In this document: in pieces, positions 11,931-20,928 of the stretch
How positions within the stretch are numbered: position 1 is the stretch's first letter
How the letters are laid out: each line of letters begins with the position of its first letter
Notes under the pieces: model-generated
The model's database searches: none
What the model saw: only the letters and a program-made list of their open reading frames with translations
Told to the model about the DNA's origin: nothing
Origin: Protoeuglena noctilucae
Taxonomy: Eukaryota
Direction of reading: 5' to 3'
Length of the DNA: 32,694 nt
NCBI GenBank assembly: GCA_958009085.1
Contig: OY253685.1
Span: 868,001-900,694, forward strand
Position numbers and translations under genes: made by a program

Positions 11931-14712
11931 ATGGCGGCTGCCGCGGCCCCTCCCAGCGCACCCGACACGGCCACATCCCTGGGCTCCCCATCCGCGCCCG
12001 CCCGTGACCCTGCCGAGCTCGCCGCAGGCATATGCAGTTACCTGAGCACTCACCCTGGCTTCACAGCGATTCTCAAGCAGCGCTTCTCCGGTGCGCGGCG
12101 CAGGGACGCGGCCCCACCTGCAGCCAGTGTGGCAGCTGGGGCGGGCGGTATGACAGTGCACGCTTCCCATGTCGCGCCCGCAGACTTCCATGTCCGGGAG
12201 GTCTCCGAGTCCGGAGAGGTCGCCCACCTCACTTCCCTGACCGCCCCTACGCACCTGCTCGCGGCCGCGCAGGCGAGGGTGGCACCCTGTGGCGACACCT
12301 GCCACGCGCCCAATGCCCGATTGTGACGAGAATGGTGCACCTTTTCCTGCCCGCAGGACTCAATACCAAAGCAGGAGCTGACGCTCGAGGAGGCCCTCGA
12401 CCGGCTGCGGGAGCTGGCGGGCGAGGATGCCGCGGCGCGTGTTGGGGAGCTGAGCCGCAGCCCAGAGCCCCGGGGACAGGTGGAGCTGAGAGGGGCGTGG
12501 GTGTCGGACAAGGCCGCGCGGTGAGCAGGCGACGAAAGTGTAGGGCTACTGTGTGTTCACGCGCCCTTCCGGCATCGTCACGGCTGGGCCCCATACGCCT
12601 CCTGCACCCAGGACGGCCGTGCACCAGCTGCTGAAGAGCGGGGGCGGCCTCGGGGCCCTGGACTCCACGACCGTCTCGGGGGAGCCCGAGCCGCACGTCC
12701 TCGTGGTCAAGGGCAAGCAGGCCAACCGCAACTTCGCCCGAACAGCGTGGCCTGGGGGCGCCTCCAAGTACACGCGTTTCATGCTGTACAAGGAGGTGCG
12801 CGAGTCAGAGACGCGAGACCCCGCTGGCTCTTTGCCTGTAGTGCACCGATCGTGGGCCGTCTGTGTCTCGCAGAACATGGACACGATGGCGGCGCTGGCG
12901 GTCGTGGCACGCATGGTGTCGCACAACGCCAAGACGTCCCTCTTCGGCATCGCAGGCACCAAGGACAAGCGCGGGTGCACCACGCAGGTGCCTACGCACG
13001 CGGCTGCATGCGCGTCAACCTCCCTCACCACCCACCCTCGCACCACCCAAGCAGCCACGCCCCGACCCCCGCAGTTTGCCACAGCATACATGGTGTCGGC
13101 CGAGCGCCTCGCCGGCTTCAACGCCCGCCTGCAGGGTATCCGCTTGCAGCCGCTCAACTACGTGGATCGCGCGCTGCCCCTGGGGGCCCTCCGCGGCAAT
13201 GCCTTCACGGTGGTGCTGCGGGGCATCGACGGGGCGGGGCGCGACGAGGTGGAGGCGTTGCTGCGGCACCTGCGCGACCACGGCTTCGTCAACTACTTCG
13301 GCCTGCAGCGCTTCGGCACGGGCGGGGCGCCCACGCATGCCGTGGGGGCCGCATGCCTGCGTGGGGACTGGGCCAAGGCGAGCACAGGGGGCAGATGGGC
13401 GCGATGGGCAGGGGCAGGTGCGGTGCCTGGCCTGCTGAGCCCGATCTTATTAGCAGGTCCCGCTGCCCTTTCTCTCTCCAGGCCATCGAGCTGGTGATGC
13501 AGCCGGGCGAGGGTGCCCAGGACCGCGTCCGAGAGGCCAAGGAGGCGTTCCTCGCGACGGCCGACGCCAACGAGGCACTGCAACGGCTGCCCCGGTCGTG
13601 CGTGGGCGAGCGCGCCCTCATGACTGCCCTGGCCCGCAACCCCCGTGGCCCCGCGGACGCCCTCATGGCCATTCCCCGTCAGTTGCGCACCATGTACGTC
13701 AACGCCTTCCAGAGCTACCTGTGGAACTGCGCCGCCACGCACCGGGTCGACTGCATCGGATGGCAGACGCCCGTGGCGGGGGACCTGGTGCGGGACGTGG
13801 GGGCACGCGAGGGGCGCATGGTGGTTGGTTGTGCTGGACCGAAACCGAGTTTGTCTGGCGTCCCACGCAGGTGCTGCTGCCTGCGGAGGGGACGGGCGAC
13901 GAGGGCCCCCTGGGGGACGAGGGTGGCGGGGAGGGGGAGGAGGGGGCGTTGCATGCGGAAGGGGGCGACGAGGGGGGCGATGCCGAGGTGGCGGGGGTGG
14001 AGCGGCACCGGGGCTTGGGTGAGGGGCCTGGGTGCCTCACGAGCGGGGGGCCCGTTGTACGCACCCGCGGATGCGCTCACGATGTCATATCGCTGCCACA
14101 CCCACCGCATCCCCCAGGTCGCGTGCACGTGTTGTCGGCGGAGGAGGCGGCCTCGGGGCGCTTCTCCGCCTACGACGTGGTGCTGCCCCTGGTGGGCAGC
14201 GACACGGTCTTCCCCGCCCACGGCGCCGCGGACGTCATGCGGCAGGCGGCCAGGGACATGGGGGTGGACCTGGACGTGCCCGCGCCCCACCGTGTGGCGC
14301 CCTTCACGCTGGCCGCGTACCCGGGGGGGTACCGCAGGCTCCTCGCTCGGTGACTGTCGCGAGAGTCCACGGTTTGGCGTGTCCGAATGCTGTGCTGCGC
14401 GGCTGAGTGCTGGCCTGTCGACCCTCCCGCGTCCGCAGCCCCTCAGACCTGGAGTGGAGCTTCCACAGCTACGACAGCCCGACGCAGGACCTGGTGGAGA
14501 GCGACCTGGTACGGCTGGAGCGGGAGCAGGGGCGGGGCAAGCGCAAGCGAGAGGGGGAGGGGCAGGAGGGGGCGGCAGCGTCCGAGGCCGCAGCGCGGTT
14601 GGCGGCCGTGATTCGCTTCGAGCTGCCCTCCAGCTGCTACGCGACGATGCTGGTGCGGGAGCTGTGCAAGCAGGGCACCAGCCTGCGCGCACAGATGGCG
14701 CTAAACGCTTGA
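11931..14712 (+). CDS. PUS7: Pseudouridine synthase TruD/PUS7 family, multi-exon
   Basis: ILKQRF|SDFHVRE, GIAGTKDKRGCTTQ (catalytic Asp motif), GALRGNAFTVVLR, GFVNYFGLQRFG, MYVNAFQSYLWN, DVVLPLVG, PGGYRRLL, FELPSSCYATMLVREL. Confidence 0.93.
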
Positions 14713-14872
14713 TTGAAGAAGCGGCGGGCGTCGCTGGCAACGTGGGCTGGCAAGTGAGCAACGCTGGCACGACCTTCTCCGCGTCTCGGAAATGGTCTAC
14801 CAAAGCACTGTTACGCGATATTTGCCAGCACCGCGTACGAGTAGCGCTCTTAGCGAAATCGGGACCTCCAGC

Positions 14873-15488
14873 ATGCGGGCCATCACGCTCCTCGCGCTCG
14901 CCGTCCTGGGCGGTGCGCAGCTCATCGCCGCCGCGGGGATGTACTCAGGTGAACGTCTGTTGTGCACATCGATGGCTTCCGACCTTCAATCAAGCGCATT
15001 TGGGCGCGTTGGCTCGGCACTCTCGGGACGCCCTAGCTCGTCGATGGAGCGGCGGGAAGCGCACTGCCGGCCAGAAACAGTCGTGGAAATCAGAGTGATT
15101 TCAGCAGCGATGCAGGGGTCAGCCTTCTGTGCGGCAGTGGTGGAGACGAGTCGATCGTGCCGCGCGCAGGCCTGTCCGTCGACCCGAAGGGCCCCTGGGC
15201 TGGGCGCCAGGCGCTGGCTACCACCGTTAGCCCCCAGCACGGGGCAGGGGGCCCGGCGACTCTGGGAGGGGTCAAGCCCACATGCGATTGCCGGGACTGC
15301 AACGCTTGCTTCAAGTGCGTCAACTGCACGAACTGCACCCTGTGCCACAGCGGCAACCAGGCAAGAGATTGCAGTGAGAGGGACATGGACTCCCTCATGC
15401 AGGCAGGCAGAGGAGAAGGCATGAGGCAGCTCCGCCCTGCCCTCTGCAGAACGAGCAGGTCCAGAACTCGCAAAAGTCCGGGCAGTGA
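14873..15488 (+). CDS. Small putative secreted cysteine-rich protein (gene A)
   Basis: Exon 14873-14948 is signal-peptide-like (MRAITLLALAVLGGAQLIAAA). Exon 15170-15360 contains CDCRDCNACFKCVNCTNCTLC. Probable last exon 15450-15488 (NEQVQNSQKSGQ*) follows a GC donor; the alternative is read-through to 15531. Confidence 0.6.
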
Positions 15489-15535
15489 GCAGCCATCTGC
15501 AGCAAGCAGCGAAGGCGCCCGCTGCGCCTGAGCCT

Positions 15536-16061
15536 TTACCTCCCAGTCTGGCTGCGGGAGGGGGTTGAGGGTAGAATCGTTCAGCTCACGAATGGCTAGG
15601 TGGACGGTACAACACATGCCCATGCAAAGCTGCCTCACTTGACCTGCGTCACGCCGCTGCTGCCGGAGCTGGTGTTGACCGAGGTGGACTGACCCGTCTT
15701 CTGGACCTGAGTCGCATTGGGTTGGGTGTTGACTTGCGTTGTCGGCGTCGTCGGCGGCTTGGACGTCTTGCGCAAATCCCGGCTGTGGGACCAGGGGCCG
15801 AGGCCCAGCGACCCGTCTCCCACCACAGCGCCTGCAAACGATGTGGAGACAGGCAGCCAAGTTTACAAATTGCCTTAGAAGTCGCGGTCCACATCGGAAG
15901 CCCCGGCACTCCGTCGCCAACGCGTGCGCGCGCCGGCTGCTGAGCACGAGGGGTGTCATTGATTGAATCAAGAAGGTTGGCTCGCCTGGGAGGGCCATCG
16001 CGGTCGCCATGCTGACCAGGACCGCGAGGACAGCGAGAACGAGAGCGCTTCGGGTCGTCAT
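15536..16061 (-). CDS. Small putative secreted Thr/Ser/Gln-rich protein (gene B)
   Basis: Exon 16061-15986 is signal-peptide-like (MTTRSALVLAVLAVLVSMATAMA) with a GC donor. Exon 15831-15639 encodes GAVVGDGSLGLGPWSHSRDLRKTSKPPTTPTTQVNTQ... Probable last exon 15551-15536 gives ..VNQTGR*; the alternative stop is at 15635. Confidence 0.6.
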
Positions 16062-16239
16062 TGCTTCCGTGTCTTGTTCTTATGGGGCCTGCAACACCGA
16101 TGTGGCCAGGAGCTGGCGCGGGGTCGCAAGAAGCGGCGGGCAGACCCCACGCATGTCAGGGCACGCACGCATGGCCGGCCGGCGCACACAGATCGTATCC
16201 GCGATGATTGACACAACGAGTTCAGCATCGTTCAACCCC

Positions 16240-16727
16240 TCATCGACGCGAGGTCAAAGCATGGGCAGTCAGGTCCTCAATGGTCACGTAGCGCAGGGCG
16301 GCCTCGCTGGTCGCCTCAAGGAGGACGGGCGGGGCGACCCCAGCCACTCGCGCCTCCTCCCAGCGCGACGCGCAAAGGCACCACCGGTCGCCCGCCCGAA
16401 GGCCCGGGAAGTTATACTCCGGCCGCGGCGTCATGAGGTCGTTGCCCCGGCTGCGCGAGTACTCGAGGAACTCCTGCGTCACTTGGGCGCAGACCACGTG
16501 CCGGCCCGTGTCCGAGGGGCCCGTCTTGCAGCAGCCGTCCCTGCATTCGCAACAGCACGCGATGTGAGGCTCCGCCCCTCCCACAATGCGAAATCCATCT
16601 CACCCAGGCAGTGCGCAGCACGGGGGCCATCGAGGCGCCTGTCCTGACCCTATACTTACCGGTAAAAGCCCGTGAGAGGGTCCATGGAGCAAGGCTTGAG
16701 CTCCGTGCCGAGTACATTCTTCAGCAT
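16240..16727 (-). CDS. DUF2237 family protein, 2 exons (possible N-terminal extension upstream)
   Basis: MLKNVLGTELKPCSMDPLTGFYR|DGCCKTGPSDTGRHVVCAQVTQEFLEYSRSRGNDLMTPRPEYNFPGLRAGDRWCLCASRWEEA..GVAPPVLLEAT, the characteristic DUF2237 signature. One GT-AG intron. Confidence 0.9.
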
Positions 16728-17240
16728 TGCGTCCCCCTGCGGAAAGCCCCGTCCCGCGCAGACCGCAACGCTCCGAGCCGGCACAAACAGCAGCGGAAGA
16801 GCTAAGACGTGGACCTGAGAGCGAGGCGGGCGTTAGGAACGGTCGCGCGGCCCGTGGCGAAGGCTTGTGGCGAAGACCCACCGCCGAGATGAAATCTGGT
16901 TAGCGGAGGCCTCATCCGTGCAGTCCTGCTCAGCAAGTCACCAGCGCACTGCCCAGGCCCCTGCGACGACCCGCGCACGCCCCAGCGCCCCGTCCCAGGG
17001 AAACTGCCATAGGCGCAGTGACGGTCCCGCCACAAACGCCGCTGTCGTCACTGCAGCGAGGCAGTTGCACGTCAAAGCTGCGCGTTGACCAGGGTGCTGA
17101 TGCGGGCGCGCGCGTCGTGTGAGAAAGCGAGGGGCAGCGCCAGTGAGACACGTCAGAAGGCCGCCTTCAGAGCCCGCAGGCGACGCTGCACCCCACGAGA
17201 CATATCTTGGAAAGCGGTGTACGTCAACAGCATCGCGTCG

Positions 17241-19178
17241 ATGGACCGGGCGACGCAGCACCGGGACCTGCACACGCTGCTCACGCAGTTGCGCCGCGAG
17301 CGCGCTCTCCAGGGCGACCTCGGGGGCGCCAGTGACGTCCGGCTGGCTCTCCTGCACTGCAAGGTGCTGAGCACGCGGGTGCTCGCGTACCTCCCCGGTT
17401 TGTGGACCGTCGTGGTCAACGCGTCGGCGGGCACGGTCGAGCGGCTGGTGCAGGCGGCCGCATGGGGCGAAGGCGCAGCCCCCCGCGGCGCGGCGGTCGA
17501 CTGCTCCGGCCTCGTGCTTATGCCGGGTCTCTGCGATGCCCACGTCCACGTCACAGGTGACCTGACGCCGGGCAGGGACGGGCCGCGCCCGTCCGTGCTT
17601 GCCTCGATCCCGCCACTCCTCACGTGCCCCACCCGCAGCCTGCGCAGCCGACCCCGCGGACCTCACGCGTCTGCCAGAGTCCCTCGTGGCCGTGCGCGCC
17701 GCCGCGACCCTCGAGTCCATGGCTGAGCGCGGGTTCACGACTGTGAGGGACTGCGGGGGTGCCGACCACGGCCTGGCCCAGGTGCGCTGACCTTGATCTG
17801 CTGCCGCCGCGCAGTGCTTTTCGCAGCTGATCACCTTCCCTGTCTGCGCTGCTTCTCTTAGCTGGATGACACCCACAAGCATGCGCCCATGCAGGCCGTG
17901 GAGGAGGGCCTAGTGCTGGGCCCACGTCTGCTCTTCACGGGCCACGCCCTCAGCCAGACGGGCGGGCAAGGGGATTTCCGCGGGCGGGGCGACGAGTGCC
18001 TGGCATGCGGGGCAGCGCTGCGGGGCATCGGGCGGGTGTGCGACGGGGACGCGGAGGTGCGGAGGGCGGCCAGGTGAGGGCGTGTGTGAGGCGGCCACCT
18101 GCGACGAATGCGGGTGAGGCGCCAGGTGCATAGCGAGGTGCACAGCGAGCTGCTGGGACCGGCTACCGCAGGGATGAGCTGCGCAAGGGCGCCCACTGCA
18201 TCCAAGTCATGGCGTCGGGGGGCGCCTCGTCCCCCCCGGACGCTTCGAGCGTGCAATTCAGCGCGGGGGAGCTGCGTGCGGTTGTGGAGGAGGCCGAGGC
18301 TGCTGGCACGTACGTCTGCGCCCACGCCTACACGGCGCGGGCGGCAGCGCGGGCGGTGCGCGAGGGCGCGCGGTGCATCGAGCACGGCACCTACGCCCAC
18401 CGGGGCGAGGGGTCGGAAGACGCGCTGGGTCTCCTAACCCTCCGCGGCGGGTTCCTGGTCCCCACGAACGTGGCGCACCATGCCACCCGCATGGCGGGCA
18501 CAGGGCCCGGCATGCCCTCCGCGCCTGGGGAGCTGGAGGAGGCAGGGGCCGAGTGCATGAGGCAGGCGCATGCCAGGGGTGTGCGCATGGCATTCGGCAC
18601 TGGTGAGCCCGTCACAGAGGCGTGAGGCAGTGGCAGGCGGTGGCAGCCCGCCATCTGGTCGTGCACCATGTTGGCCCCTCCCCCCACCCAGACCTCCTGG
18701 GCTCCCTCCACGCGTGGCAGAGCACGGAATTCGAGATCCGGGCCAAAGTGCTGCCGTCCCCATCGGTGGTTCGATCCGCGACGGGTGACCAGGGGCCGAG
18801 CGCTGGGATGGGTGGCGTAGAGCTCAGGACCCAAACGCTTGTTAGCCTTGGGATGCCCGGCCGCGCCCGCAGCCACGTGCGCGGAGCTTTTCATGGAGAG
18901 CGACCGGCGCGGGTACGTGGAGGAGGGTTACGTCGCAGGTGCGTCGGGCATGGGGCGGCATGCCTGTCAATCTGGCCGCAGCGGGTGCATGGGTCCGCAG
19001 CCGCGGCCGCCCGACCGCAGACCTCATCCTCGTGTCCGGGGACCCCCTGGCGGACGCCGCCACGCTGGCCGAGCCTGCCAACGTCGTCGCTGTCATCAAG
19101 GGCGGGGGGTTCGTGGTGACGCGGGGGACCGGCATGGCAGCCGCGGCAGAGGAGATGCTGGCGCTGCTCGCCGAGTGA
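17241..19178 (+). CDS. Metal-dependent amidohydrolase (Xaa-Pro dipeptidase/carboxypeptidase-like subgroup), multi-exon
   Basis: LMPGLCDAHVH, RGFTTVRDCGGAD, GPRLLFTGHALSQTGG, DELRKGA..MASGG, YVCAHAY, CIEHG, MAFGT|D, ADLILVSGDPLAD, VIKGG. Confidence 0.9.
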
Positions 19179-19287
19179 AGGAAAGCGGGTGTCGGGCACT
19201 GCCATAGCCAAGTCAGTCAAACAGCGACCCTTCAACACGGCCGCCGCTGCCTCCTCAGCCACGCAGCCAGCGCCGCTCGCTGATCCC

Positions 19288-20079
19288 TCAGCCCTGCTTG
19301 CTCCCGAACGTCGGCCGGAAGTCGGCGGGCGCGCCGGCCTTGTCCGCGGGCTTGTCGCCGCCGGGGCCGTCCCCGCGGGGCCTGCGGCGAGCAGAGCGGC
19401 GGGGGGCAGACTGAGGGCGGGCTGAGGGCGCCGGGCTGAGGACGCGCCGGTGAAGGGCGTTGCCGCGGCGGCATCGCGTGTCCCGGCGTTGTAGATGGGG
19501 CGTTCCACAGGGCAGGACGCGCCCCATGCTGAACGGCGGGCTGGCTCTCGGCTGCTGAAAAGGCCACGCACGCGCACTGCTGGCGCCCCGTGGAGAGTAG
19601 AGCAGCCGTGGGGGGCCGCCCCGCCGCGGCACTCGCCTGTAGCCGCCGCGGTCGTCCCGGGGGCCGCGGTCGCCACGGGGGCCGCGGTCATCGCGGGGGC
19701 CCCGGTCGCCACGCGGGCCACGGTCGTCGCGCGGGCCGCGGTCGCCGCGGGGCGGCATCTTCTCGAAGGTGCGGTTGGTCTTCATGAGCGTCTGCGGCAC
19801 CACGTCCTCCGGGATGTTGAGGTACTCGCGCAGGTAGGCGATGCCCTTGTCCGTGAGGAACCAGTAGTAGTGGCGCCAGGCGAAGCGCTCCGTCACGTAC
19901 TCCTTGGACTTGAAGGACTGCATCATCTTGATGACGTGGAGGTTGGGCACGAAGTCGTCCTCGCCCTCCCCGATCTTGATCTCCGGGTGCTTGACCCCGA
20001 AGTCCTTCAGCGCGTAGCACACGCCCTCGGCGAAGAGGAACCTGTACACGGCCTGGCGGTTCTTCTTGGGCACGAGCAT
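19288..20079 (-). CDS. RPS10: 40S ribosomal protein S10 (eS10)
   Basis: [75 protein letters not shown]. Exons 20079-19637 and 19381-19288 ([12 protein letters not shown]) are joined by a GC-AG intron. Probable 5'UTR intron at ~20090-20169. Confidence 0.97.
   Translation of the reverse strand: MLVPKKNRQAVYRFLFAEGVCYALKDFGVKHPEIKIGEGEDDFVPNLHVIKMMQSFKSKEYVTERFAWRHYYWFLTDKGIAYLREYLNIPEDVVPQTLMKTNRTFEKMPPRGDRGPRDDRGPRGDRGPRDDRGPRGDRGPRDDRGGYRRVPRRGGPPRLLYSPRGASSARAWPFQQPRASPPFSMGRVLPCGTPHLQRRDTRCRRGNALHRRVLSPAPSARPQSAPRRSARRRPRGDGPGGDKPADKAGAPADFRPTFGSKQG
19476..19607 (-). ncRNA. Candidate intronic box H/ACA snoRNA
   Basis: 132 nt inside the RPS10 intron, sense strand. Hairpin 1 (GGCUGCU/AGCAGCC, CCACG/CGUGG, internal pocket), hinge AGAGCCA (imperfect H box), hairpin 2 (CCCG/CGGG, AUGGGGCG/CGCCCCAU), then ACA + 3 nt. 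Confidence 0.6.
19645..19750 (-). repeat. Coding 18-nt tandem repeat (RGPR[D/G]D units) in the RPS10 tail
   Basis: Translation [37 protein letters not shown]. Confidence 0.8.
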
Positions 20080-20928
20080 GGCGGGCGACCTGCGGGGCGC
20101 GGGAGGGCGCGGAGGCTCGCCTGCAGCGCGCGGCGGCCGGCTGCAGGCGCGCTCAGGAGCAGGCCTCACCTGCTGCCTCCGGCGCCGGGTGGCGGGGTAG
20201 CGTTGAAGGAGTTGGTTGCTGTATCCGCGTCGACACGAGGTCGACTCGACTCCCCTGGGATCTGCGGAGGATGAAAAGAGAGCCCGCTCGTCGCTGCATC
20301 AACGCGAGCAAGGGACTGATAGCAGCGCAGGAAAAGGCGCGAAGAGAACGGTGCGCCACGCGGGGACGGCGACGGGGCTCGGAGCGGTCGGGGAAAGGAG
20401 GCGGCCCGGAAAACCCGCCATCTCGCCGAGCGCGGAGGCGCGAGATGCCCCGCGCGCGCGAAAGAAAGCAAGCCCTATGCGAAAAATGCTAAGCGCAGGG
20501 ACGCAGCGCGCGAGGATCGGAGAAACGGCGAGCTGACTCGCAGGCCGAGCTGTGGGCCAAGCAGCAAGCGGCAGGGCAAGGCTGGTCTTATCAACGTGTC
20601 GAACGTGCCTCGGCGGTGCGGGGCCGGCGGCATGCCAGCCACACCGGGCGGCGAGCGGAGCGCAGAGGCCACGCCGCAGCAGGAGCTCCTCACCTGTACG
20701 TCCCAAAAGATTATGGCTGGGAAAGGGAGGGAGACGGGCCAGCGCGCCTCTGTTGGCTGGAAGCCGGCCTTCTGGCGCCAGAATAATGTGCCTGTTTCGT
20801 GTGTGGCGTCCGGAGACCGGATCTGGGTCTTCTGAGCTCCGTTTGGTTGCCTGTACCTTCCATTCCACTGCCGCCGCGCGGTGGTGAGCCCTGATCCCTG
20901 CGGCATCCGCCAACGAGCATTGAAGCAC

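Noticed and set aside
15031..15098. RRWSGGKR, resembling a dibasic-flanked amidated peptide in gene A
   Set aside because: It lies in the inferred first intron. There is no phase-compatible donor to the Cys-rich exon, so it could only be an unsupported alternative terminal exon.
10515..19178. MAPEG, DUF2237 and amidohydrolase as a recent bacterial gene island
   Set aside because: All have spliceosomal introns and host-like composition, and are interspersed with core eukaryotic genes.
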